The notes below the pieces were generated by a model. The model was not told the origin of the DNA and made no database searches. It worked only from the letters and a program-made list of their open reading frames with translations. The position numbers and the translations under genes are program-made. A stretch of DNA of 64,000 bases from Candidatus Krumholzibacteriota bacterium. Its GTDB lineage: Bacteria; Krumholzibacteriota; Krumholzibacteriia; JAJRXK01. The DNA is taken from assembly GCA_963727455.1 (NCBI GenBank), contig CAVSGG010000003.1:1-64000 (forward strand), read 5' to 3'. Shown in pieces: positions 50,758 through 58,775 of this stretch (its first letter is position 1; each line of letters opens with the position of its first letter).

Positions 50758-52515
50758 TTAGCGCTTTACGCTCGCCGCGACGACGCTCGCATCAACTTCC
50801 CCGGCCGTCGCCTGGGCGGCCACCTGCAGACGCAAGGACTCGAGGACAGCGCCCTGGCGCGCCAGTTCCTCTTTTTGGGCCTGGATCTGCTTCTGTTGCT
50901 GCTGCAGAGAGGCGATGAGCACGGGAATGAGCTGGTCGTACTCCACGCTCAAACTCTTCTGCGCATCGTCGCCCTCGTGGACGATTTCGGGCACGACTTC
51001 GCGGAGTTCCTGCGCAATCAGTCCCAACTGCCGTCCCCGCTGCGACAGCTTCTTCCAGCGGAAGCTCACCGGGCGCAGCTTCATCAGTTCGTCGAGCCCG
51101 TAATCCAGGTCCGCGATGTCCTTCTTGAGACGTCGGTCCGAGGGAGTGTCCACCGCCATCGCGTAGACCACGCTCCAGCGTTTGCTGGAGCTTCCCAGAG
51201 TCCACAAGCTACCCGCCGAGGGCAGCACCGAGCCGCCGAAGACCGAAGTGCGGGTGTCGTAGTCGATCTGGATGGCGGGCAGACTGTTGCTGCCGGCGCG
51301 GATGACGAAGTCGTCCCCGTCGGTGACCGAGTTGCGCAGGTACCACTTGACCCCGACACCGTTGTGAAAGCGGATGTCGACGTCGTTACCGCTCCCGTTC
51401 AGATTGATGATGTCCTTCGCGCCAAACACTCCGCCGACGGTAAACCCGGCCGCGGTTCCGTAGATTCCGTCGAGTACCCACTGCAATCCGGTGGAGTAGA
51501 TTCCTCCGTGAGCGAGCCCCACGCCCGACTCACCCAGATCGTACCAGCGAGTGAACTCCAACTTCGAAGGACTCAGGCGCACGCCCAGATCTTCATAGGG
51601 CGCGGCGCCAGTGCCCGTATCGCGTCCCAGGAGAATCTCGTTGGGCTGGCTGGAGGAGTTCAGGTGCAAAAGCGCGTCGGGCGTGGTGGTGCCGATGCCC
51701 ACCTGACCGTTGGGTTCGATCGCCAGGCGCTGCGAGCCGCCATTCTCAATGGTGAAGACGCTGGAAGGACTCTGCTCGAAGACCAGTCCCCAAGATCCTC
51801 CCGAGCGCAAGCGCATCGAGACGGGCACTTCCATGGGGGTGTGGAGATCCAGCTTGTGCTGGGGACTGGTCTCTCCCACTCCCACGTTGCCGCTCACCCC
51901 TAAGGTGAGGTCGTCGCCGTTGATGTTCCAGTCACCGTCGGCGCCACCTGCGCCGGTGGCGTTGATGGTGAGGTCGTTGCCGTTGGGCACCACGCTGACG
52001 TTGGTTCCACCCACCAGATTCACCGGACCCGTGAGACCATTGAGGGTCTTCACCGCGGCCTGCTCGTCGACGGCCAGAGCGTAGGGCACCGCACTGAGTT
52101 CACTGCGCGGGGCGAGTTCGCTGCCGCCATCCACCGTGAGCGCCAGCCACAAACTCTGGTCGAAGTCGACCGTTGCGAGCGAAGTCGAAGAGCCCAGAGT
52201 GGCTTCGGCGAGGCCGTCCACCAGGTCGAGCACTTGGGTCTCTTCCCACAACATGGTCCCCGCAGAGGGATCGTCGTAGAGACGAAATACGAGGGTGTGA
52301 CTTCCCTGCAGCGCGGTGCCGCTGCCGTCCTCGACGATTCCCTGCCAGCCGATGGTCTGAGGAACCGCGGCGTGGGCGGGGGAGGCCAAGTTGGCCAGGG
52401 GGGTGAGTGCGCTGAGAGGCGCGAGGAGTCCGAGGAATGTGAGCATCCCGAGGAAAGTGAACACTCCGAGGGACGGCCCCAAAGAGAGCTGTCTGAAAAA
52501 TGCAAACCGGCGCAT
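50758..52515 (-). CDS. Exported fibre-like protein with C-terminal peptidase S74 intramolecular chaperone domain
   Basis: Signal ..PAHA-AVPQTIGWQG, GNVGVG/GQVGIGTTTP repeats, SDRRLKKDI..LRPVSFRW..GLIAQE..YDQLIPVLI plus coiled coil. Confidence 0.88.
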   Translation of the reverse strand: MRRFAFFRQLSLGPSLGVFTFLGMLTFLGLLAPLSALTPLANLASPAHAAVPQTIGWQGIVEDGSGTALQGSHTLVFRLYDDPSAGTMLWEETQVLDLVDGLAEATLGSSTSLATVDFDQSLWLALTVDGGSELAPRSELSAVPYALAVDEQAAVKTLNGLTGPVNLVGGTNVSVVPNGNDLTINATGAGGADGDWNINGDDLTLGVSGNVGVGETSPQHKLDLHTPMEVPVSMRLRSGGSWGLVFEQSPSSVFTIENGGSQRLAIEPNGQVGIGTTTPDALLHLNSSSQPNEILLGRDTGTGAAPYEDLGVRLSPSKLEFTRWYDLGESGVGLAHGGIYSTGLQWVLDGIYGTAAGFTVGGVFGAKDIINLNGSGNDVDIRFHNGVGVKWYLRNSVTDGDDFVIRAGSNSLPAIQIDYDTRTSVFGGSVLPSAGSLWTLGSSSKRWSVVYAMAVDTPSDRRLKKDIADLDYGLDELMKLRPVSFRWKKLSQRGRQLGLIAQELREVVPEIVHEGDDAQKSLSVEYDQLIPVLIASLQQQQKQIQAQKEELARQGAVLESLRLQVAAQATAGEVDASVVAASVKR

Positions 52516-52547
52516 GGGCTTCTCCTTTCGCAAGACATAGCAGCGCT

Positions 52548-53084
52548 TCAGCGCGCCAGGACCAGGCGCCGGACTTGCTCGAAACCGGGAGCCTTGAGTT
52601 GGTAGAAGTAGACTCCGCTCGCCAGATTGTCGGCGGCGAAGACGAGACGGTGTTCTCCCGCACTCTGGTTTTGATCCACCAGAGTGGCGACGCGGCGTCC
52701 GCGGACGTCATAGATGCTGAGCAAGACGTGTCCGTCCTCGACAAGCGCGTAGCGGATGGTGGTGCGGGGGTTGAAGGGATTGGGGTAGTTCTGGTCCAGG
52801 CGAGTGCTCTTGGGCAGCGTGGGCGTCGGATCTAGGACCGCGGTGGCCGTACCCGAGTTCTTCTTTGCCCAGAAGCCGTGGCGCACGATGCGCTCTGGCC
52901 TGCTGGACCGGCCGGTGATCGCTTGGCCCACGCTGTGGCGAAGCTCTCGGTCCAGGCGAACGGCCTTGCGGCCGCCGGCACCGAGGAACTCGCGCTTGAG
53001 TTCGTGCTGCGCCGGCGCGACGGCCCCCAGGGCGATCGCGAAGACTGCTGTCAGGCTGAGCAGGACCAGGAAGCGTCGGAACAT
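52548..53084 (-). CDS. Small exported protein with T9SS-type A / FlgD-like C-terminal sorting domain
   Basis: Signal peptide, GAGG..SVGQ..GFW, then LDQNYPNPFNPRTTIRY..IYDVRGRRV..LASGVYFYQL. Confidence 0.88.
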   Translation of the reverse strand: MFRRFLVLLSLTAVFAIALGAVAPAQHELKREFLGAGGRKAVRLDRELRHSVGQAITGRSSRPERIVRHGFWAKKNSGTATAVLDPTPTLPKSTRLDQNYPNPFNPRTTIRYALVEDGHVLLSIYDVRGRRVATLVDQNQSAGEHRLVFAADNLASGVYFYQLKAPGFEQVRRLVLAR

Positions 53085-53218
53085 CTGCGCTTCCTCCTCG
53101 ATCGGCACCGGGGGGAACTCATCGGGGCCGCTTGCCCCTGATCATTTGGCGAGAACGAAAATCTCCCGCGGGGAATTCGGGCCGGCGCGCTCTTTCGCTC
53201 TCAGCGTGACGGCGCTCT

Positions 53219-53304
53219 GTGTACCCGGGTACACTCGGTGAGCCGTGCAGCGGTGTAGCCGGGTACACTCGATCAGGCGCGCAGCCGTATACCCGGGTAC
53301 ACTC
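53219..53304. repeat. 34-bp-period array of 16-bp palindromes GTRTASCCGGGTACAC (3 copies)
   Basis: GTGTACCCGGGTACAC 53219, GTGTAGCCGGGTACAC 53253, GTATACCCGGGTACAC 53287, each followed by TC. Confidence 0.9.
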
Positions 53305-53379
53305 TCGACGGGCCCCACGAAGGCAGCTCGCTGGAGAATCGAAACCCGAGCCTTGGCAAGCGCCCGACCGAGACCCAAT

Positions 53380-53399
53380 TTTTATAGCCGGCTATAAAA
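53380..53399. repeat. Perfect 20-bp palindrome TTTTATAGCCGGCTATAAAA
   Basis: Direct reading; a near copy TTTATAGCCGGCGATAAA lies at 54106-54123. Confidence 0.9.
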
Positions 53400-53502
53400 T
53401 CGACGGGCCGTGAGGCCGAAGAAAAGGGGAATCTCAGCGCAGCGCGCGATGGATCGAACCAATCACAGACCATCTACGTTTTGATTACTGACTGGAGTAA
53501 GA

Positions 53503-53955
53503 GTGCATCGTCTCCTCTCGTGGCTCCTCATCGCAGCTTTCACTCTCAGCGCCTGCGCCTCGGGCGCACCGCCCCCCGTGGAGACCGATACCGAGACTTC
53601 CGAAGCCGATCGTTTGCCGGAGGTCCTCTCCTCCTGCAAGCCCGGTGATCGCATCGAAGTCTGGGCCAAGAGCGGCGAGTGCTTCGAGGCAACATTCGAA
53701 GCTTGCGACTCGACGACACTTAGCGTGGCCGACAAGAGCTATGAGCACGTTTACCAGCGTGACGACCACGGGTATCGCAATCAGACTCGATATCAGCTCG
53801 CAGAGCTTGCAAGGGTGCGAGCCGCTCCGTTTTTGAGCAAATCTGCCGCTAAGAAGCTCACGCTTGGTGGAATCGCGATCAGCGTCGCAGCTGTCGCGGG
53901 AATGACGGTTTTGGGAACTTTGGTCTGGTTAATGGTAGGCCTGAATTATCATTGA
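53503..53955 (+). CDS. Hypothetical lipoprotein with C-terminal TM, copy 1
   Basis: GGAG RBS, GTG start, lipobox LSA-C, small beta domain, hydrophobic C-terminus. Confidence 0.75.
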   Translation: MHRLLSWLLIAAFTLSACASGAPPPVETDTETSEADRLPEVLSSCKPGDRIEVWAKSGECFEATFEACDSTTLSVADKSYEHVYQRDDHGYRNQTRYQLAELARVRAAPFLSKSAAKKLTLGGIAISVAAVAGMTVLGTLVWLMVGLNYH

Positions 53956-53978
53956 GAGCTCCTCGCGGCCGCGGACTC

Positions 53979-54060
53979 GTTACGCCGGGTAGATTGGGAA
54001 AGACTGGGACTTGTCTACCCGGGTACACTGTGAGTGAAGGATAGCTGGATACCCGCAGAG
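53979..54060. repeat. Degenerate second 34-bp-period palindrome array
   Basis: GTTACGCCGGGTAGAT 53979, GTCTACCCGGGTACAC 54013, GGATACCCGC.. 54047. Confidence 0.6.
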
Positions 54061-54227
54061 AGATTGGAACTCCAAATTTTGCAAACTGTTGTATCATCTC
54101 CCAAGTTTATAGCCGGCGATAAAAATCTTCAGGCTGAGCTAATAAGGGGCAGAAAATGTCCTCGCAGCCAGGCGCGGTTCCCTCAAGCCGCAGACAATCC
54201 TCACTTTGATCTCTGATGGAGGTCAGC

Positions 54228-54677
54228 ATGCGGCGTCTCCTCTCATGGGTGCTCCTTGGAACCCTCACCCTCAGCGCCTGCGCCTCGGGCGCACCGCCCC
54301 CCGTGGAGACCGATACCGAAACTTCCGAAGCCGATCGTTTGCCGGAGGTCCTCTCCTCCTGCAAGCCCGGTGATCGCATCGAAGTCTGGGCCAAGAGCGG
54401 CGAGTGCTTCGAGGCCACCTTCGTGTCCTACGAAGCGTCGACTCTCACCGTCGACAACAAGACCTACAGACGGACCTACCAGCGGGACAACCGGCGCCAT
54501 CGCGCTCAGATGGAGTATACGATCGAGGAGATCGCCCGCCTTCGCGTCAATCCACCTCCCGAAGAGACTTACTCTCCGCAACTCTCGCCAATTGGCGTCG
54601 CGGCAGTTGCCATCATGACGGTAGCCGTTGTTGGCACGATCTTGTTTGCCCTAGCTTTCCGTGATGTCCGTTTCTGA
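54228..54677 (+). CDS. Hypothetical lipoprotein with C-terminal TM, copy 2
   Basis: GGAGG RBS, lipobox LSA-C; paralog of 53503..53955. Confidence 0.78.
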   Translation: MRRLLSWVLLGTLTLSACASGAPPPVETDTETSEADRLPEVLSSCKPGDRIEVWAKSGECFEATFVSYEASTLTVDNKTYRRTYQRDNRRHRAQMEYTIEEIARLRVNPPPEETYSPQLSPIGVAAVAIMTVAVVGTILFALAFRDVRF

Positions 54678-54781
54678 GCGAAACATTCCGCGTAGTGATG
54701 TCGGGGAGATTCCTCGGACTTGATTTCAGAAGCTCGCCCAAGCGAAAAAGCCCGGCACAGTGGCCACACTGTCCTCAAAGC

Positions 54782-54809
54782 AAAAAGCCCAGCCGAAGCT
54801 GGGCTCTTT
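54782..54809. terminator. Bidirectional Rho-independent terminator between lipoprotein 2 and tRNA-Gln
   Basis: AAAAAGCCCAGC-CGAA-GCTGGGCT-CTTT. Confidence 0.8.
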
Positions 54810-54822
54810 CGCGCCAAAACTG

Positions 54823-54896
54823 TGGTTGCCCGGGGAGGATTCGAACCCCCATCGACTGAGCCAGAGTCAGTTGTCCTGCCGTTGGACGACCGGGCA
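54823..54896 (-). tRNA. tRNA-Gln(CTG)
   Basis: TGCCCGGTCGTCCAACGGCAGGACAACTGACTCTGGCTCAGTCGATGGGGGTTCGAATCCTCCCCGGGCAACCA; U1-A72. Confidence 0.95.
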
Positions 54897-54994
54897 ATGA
54901 GCGTCAATAATTAGACAAGAGGGGCCCGCTTGGCAAGCTGCGATGCGTCGCGCCGCGATTCAGGGCCCTCCGCGCAGCGAACGCCGATTCGAAG

Positions 54995-56440
54995 CTAGCT
55001 CTCCTTTGCGCCGAGCAGGCGTTTGACCACCGTCTCCTTGCCCAACACCTCCATGCTGGCGAACAGGCTAGGCCCCACTCTCTGGCCGGTCAGGGCCGCG
55101 CGCGTGGGGTGCACCAGCTCGCCCAGCTTCACGCCGAGTTCCTCGGCATAGCTCCGCAACAACGCCTCCAGCGCGGCAGAGCGAAACTCCTCCAAACCAT
55201 CCACCCGCCGCCCCAGCTCGCGGAGCCGCTCCACCGCCTCCGCGTCCAGACTCTCTTCGGTCTCCGGATCCCGCGGATACTCCTCGCTGAAGTAGCACGC
55301 CAGACGCTCGGCCGCCTCGCCCAAAAAGCTGATGCGCGCGCCCATGATCTTGACGACTTCCTTCAGCTTCGCGCGCGCCGCCTCGTCGTCCTTTCCGACC
55401 AGACCCGCGCGAACCATGCGCGGCCACACCAGCGCCGCGCGCTGCTGATCGTCGAGATTCTTCATGTGCTGCGCGTTGATGTAGCGGCACTTCTCGGGAT
55501 CGAAGACAGCGGCAGTGTTGTTCAGGCGCTTCAAGGAGAAGGCCTTGATGAGCTGGGGCATCTCGAAGACTTCCTGCTCGCCGCCGGGATTCCAGCCCAG
55601 AAGCGCGAGGTAGTTCACCAAAGCCTGCGGCAGGTAACCCTCCTCACGGAATTCCTCCACGCTGGCCGCCCCGTGGCGCTTGCTCAACCTCTGCTTGTCC
55701 GGCCCCAAGATCATCGGCAAGTGTCCAAACTTCGGCAGCTTGAAACCGAAGACGTTGAAGAGGTGAATCTGTCGCGGGGTGTTGCTGATGTGATCGTCGC
55801 CGCGCAGCACGTGGCTGATCTGCATGAGTCCGTCGTCGACCACGCAGGCAAAGTTGTAGGTGGGAAAGCCGTCGCTCTTGACCGCCACCCAGTCGTCCAG
55901 CACCGCGCACTCGAACTCGGTGTCTCCGTGCACGATATCGCTCCACTTGATCGCGCCCTCGTCGGGCATGCGCACGCGAATCACCGAACTGCGGCCGTCC
56001 GCCTCGCGGGCGGCGCGTTCTTCTGGACTGAGATCGCGGCACACACCCTCGTAAATCTTCTGCCGGCCTTCGGCGATGGCCTTCTTGCGCATCGCCTCGA
56101 GCTCCCCGGGCGTGCAGTAACAGCGGTAGGCTAAGCCCTTGTCGAGCATCTGCTGCGCGTAGTCGTCGTAAATTTCGCGTCGTTCGCTCTGCACGTAGGG
56201 GCCGAACTCACCGCCGACCCCCGGGCCTTCGTCATAATCCAATTCCAGCCACTGAAACGCGCGCAGGATCTGTTGATGGCTATCCTCGGTGGAGCGCTCC
56301 TGATCGGTGTCCTCGATGCGCAGAATGAACACACCCTGTTGCCCGCGCGCGTAGAGCCAATTGAAGATGGCGGTACGGGCGCCTCCGACGTGCAGGGTGC
56401 CGGTCGGACTTGGCGCGAAGCGGACGCGGATGTGGTTCAT
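54995..56440 (-). CDS. gltX: Glutamate--tRNA ligase
   Basis: RVRFAPSPTG.LHVGG, RIEDTD, PTYNFA.VVDD, RGDDH, LSKRHG. Confidence 0.97.
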   Translation of the reverse strand: MNHIRVRFAPSPTGTLHVGGARTAIFNWLYARGQQGVFILRIEDTDQERSTEDSHQQILRAFQWLELDYDEGPGVGGEFGPYVQSERREIYDDYAQQMLDKGLAYRCYCTPGELEAMRKKAIAEGRQKIYEGVCRDLSPEERAAREADGRSSVIRVRMPDEGAIKWSDIVHGDTEFECAVLDDWVAVKSDGFPTYNFACVVDDGLMQISHVLRGDDHISNTPRQIHLFNVFGFKLPKFGHLPMILGPDKQRLSKRHGAASVEEFREEGYLPQALVNYLALLGWNPGGEQEVFEMPQLIKAFSLKRLNNTAAVFDPEKCRYINAQHMKNLDDQQRAALVWPRMVRAGLVGKDDEAARAKLKEVVKIMGARISFLGEAAERLACYFSEEYPRDPETEESLDAEAVERLRELGRRVDGLEEFRSAALEALLRSYAEELGVKLGELVHPTRAALTGQRVGPSLFASMEVLGKETVVKRLLGAKES

Positions 56441-57510
56441 CGACCACCGTCCTTCGATTGCGGCGCAGAACCGGACTTCGGTGCGGTATCGGGCTCTTGT
56501 GCGGGCACGGCGGGACTCTCGCTCCTCGGTGCACCCGGATCTCCCAGCTTCTGCGGATCCAAGAGCTCGAGCAGACGGGGGACGCTCACCCCGTACACCC
56601 GAGGCACCGCTTCCTCGAAGAGCACCCCTTGCTGCAGGAGGTCGAGCAGCTGCACGACTCTCGCCCAACCGTAGTCCTGCGCCAGATGCCACGCCATGAG
56701 GAAGGCGTTGTACTGGGCGATGCGACCGTCCTCCTTGCCAGTGAGCGGATAGATGGTGCGTAAGACTTCCCCTGAAGAGAGAAGCACCGAGCGATCTCCC
56801 CGAAACTGAACCATGAAATCTTCCAGCACTCCCCCTTCTTCGGCGAGATAGCTCGCCAAGCCGGCGCGCAACCACTGAGGCAGGTTTCCGTGGCACTTCA
56901 TGTCCAGAAACGATGTTGCCACCCCATTGCGAATGGCGTGCAGGGCCAGGGTGCGGCTCCACAGGACGCCGATGGGCTCGTAGGCGATGAACGGTCCATC
57001 GACCACTTGTGTAACCCAAAAGTCCTTTCCCGTGACCTTCTTGTAGTCCTTCAAGGTCGGGGCGGCGTAGATCTGGATCTTCCCCTTCGGAGTGAAGTGC
57101 AGCGCGTCCTTCATGTCCTGGTGGAACAGGTCGTGCAATTCGAGCCAGCGTCCCGTCATTTCCTCACGAACGTTGTCACTGCGATTGATCGTGAACCAAC
57201 GGCCGGTCATGGTGCTGTCGGTGACCACCAGGTCGGGATGATTCAAGCGCGTCTTGAAGTGGTAGTAGGTATTAGGTCCGTAGGGGACTCCTTCGTCGTC
57301 GTAGAGAATTCCCCACTCGCCCTGAGATTCCGCCGGCCACCAGTAGGGCTGATCGAGATTGTTGGGGTAGCCCTTCTCCGCAATGCGTGGCGCATCGAAA
57401 GTGGGATAGAGCCCCAGCCCGGGACTCGGTGTGCCCGGAGTGCTCGCGCATCCACCCAAAAGAGAAAGAGAAGCGATTGCGAGAACGAGAACGATAGCTT
57501 TCGGCGACAT
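56437..57510 (-). CDS. Lipoprotein with peptidase-MA-like fold remnant
   Basis: Lipobox LGG-C; LPQWLRAGLASYLA and AQY..A..M..L..YG pattern without HExxH. Confidence 0.55.
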   Translation of the reverse strand: MSPKAIVLVLAIASLSLLGGCASTPGTPSPGLGLYPTFDAPRIAEKGYPNNLDQPYWWPAESQGEWGILYDDEGVPYGPNTYYHFKTRLNHPDLVVTDSTMTGRWFTINRSDNVREEMTGRWLELHDLFHQDMKDALHFTPKGKIQIYAAPTLKDYKKVTGKDFWVTQVVDGPFIAYEPIGVLWSRTLALHAIRNGVATSFLDMKCHGNLPQWLRAGLASYLAEEGGVLEDFMVQFRGDRSVLLSSGEVLRTIYPLTGKEDGRIAQYNAFLMAWHLAQDYGWARVVQLLDLLQQGVLFEEAVPRVYGVSVPRLLELLDPQKLGDPGAPRSESPAVPAQEPDTAPKSGSAPQSKDGGR

Positions 57511-57518
57511 ACCTGAAC

Positions 57519-58775
57519 CTATTCGTTTCTGAGTGCGTCGGTGATTTGCATCCGCGCCGCGCGGCGGGCCGGATACGCTCCGAAAATGAGTCCAACCATC
57601 ATAGAAAAACCCAGGGCAAGCGCCAACATCCACGCCTTCCAGTAGAAGGGGAAGCTGAGCTGCTCGTTGAGACCGCGGGCCAAGAGGTATCCCAGGATCG
57701 CGCCCGCGACCCCGCCCAGTCCAGTGAGCAACGTGGCTTCGGCCAGAAACTGGCGCATCACATCGCTCCGGCGAGCCCCCAGGGCCCGGCGCACACCGAC
57801 CTCGCGCGTTCGCTCGCTCACCGAGATCAGAAACATGTTCATCACGCCGATGCCGCCCACGAGAAGTCCGATGGAGGAGAGCACCACCAGCGCGAGCATC
57901 ACGCCCATGGTGAGCGAGTCGAGTAGCTTCTGAAGCGTTCGACTCTCCACCACCGCGAAGTCATTCTTCTGCCCGGGGCGCAACCCGCGTAGCTGCCGCA
58001 TGATGGCGATGACTTCGTTCTTGGCCTCATCGAGCGTGAAGCCGCGGCGCACCGTAGCCTGCATCGTGATCTGGTCGTGATCGGTTGCGAAGTCCTTTTC
58101 GAAAGTGGTGTAAGGAACGGTGGCGTAGTTCTCTCCCAGGCGCCCGGTGATGTGTTTTCGCTCCTGAAACACTCCGATCACCCGGTAGCGTTCGTTGCCG
58201 ACACGCACTGCCTTCCCCAGAGGATCGGCATGGGGAAAGAGTTGCTGCCAGGGGCCATAGCCCAGGACGATTACGCGGCGGCGGCGCTGGATGTCGTCAA
58301 AGTTGAGAAAGCGTCCTTCCGCGATCTTCATGCTGAAAATTTCGGTGGCGCCCTGGGATGAACCCCAGATCCAGATGAACTCCGAACGCTCCTTACCCCG
58401 AAACAACATGGGGGGTGTAACGCCCTGTCCCAATTCATGTGTGTACACCACGGCATCCAGAGTCTTGGCGCGGTCCTTCAGCTGCTCATAATCGTGCACC
58501 GTGAAGTCACGCCGGTTGGCGGCCTCCTTGGCTTCCTTGGCATCGAGAAAGTCGTACTTGGAAATGGTGAGGTAGGGTTGGTTCGCCGAAACGATGTCCT
58601 CGCGCAGTTTCTCCTTCAGACCGAAGAGCAGGGATATCATGGCCAAAAGGGTGGCGGTGCCGATGGACACGCCGAGGATGAGCAGGAGCGAACGCATGCG
58701 CTGTGAGCGCAGGGCCTCGAAGGCGATCCGCAGGTTCTCGCCGGAAAGCTGACGCCAGCGGCTGCGATCACTCAT
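57519..58775 (-). CDS. MacB/FtsX-family ABC transporter permease
   Basis: RSLL.ILGVSIG, GGIGVMN..SVSERTREVGVRRALGA, YPARRAA. Confidence 0.93.
   Translation of the reverse strand: MSDRSRWRQLSGENLRIAFEALRSQRMRSLLLILGVSIGTATLLAMISLLFGLKEKLREDIVSANQPYLTISKYDFLDAKEAKEAANRRDFTVHDYEQLKDRAKTLDAVVYTHELGQGVTPPMLFRGKERSEFIWIWGSSQGATEIFSMKIAEGRFLNFDDIQRRRRVIVLGYGPWQQLFPHADPLGKAVRVGNERYRVIGVFQERKHITGRLGENYATVPYTTFEKDFATDHDQITMQATVRRGFTLDEAKNEVIAIMRQLRGLRPGQKNDFAVVESRTLQKLLDSLTMGVMLALVVLSSIGLLVGGIGVMNMFLISVSERTREVGVRRALGARRSDVMRQFLAEATLLTGLGGVAGAILGYLLARGLNEQLSFPFYWKAWMLALALGFSMMVGLIFGAYPARRAARMQITDALRNE

Noticed and set aside
50758-52515. Prophage tail gene
   Set aside because: It has a Sec signal peptide and host-like composition, and no other phage genes are nearby.
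53101-53120. Possible att remnant of the tRNA-Gln 3' end (GGCACCGGGGGGAACTC)
   Set aside because: Similarity to TGGTTGCCCGGGGAGGATTC is too weak in GC-rich DNA.
53219-53304. Mini CRISPR array
   Set aside because: Repeats of 16-18 bp and 16-bp linkers are too short, the linkers resemble each other, and there are no cas genes in the window.
53503-54677. Diversity-generating retroelement TR/VR pair
   Set aside because: Differences are not adenine-specific, many are synonymous third-position changes, and no reverse transcriptase is present.
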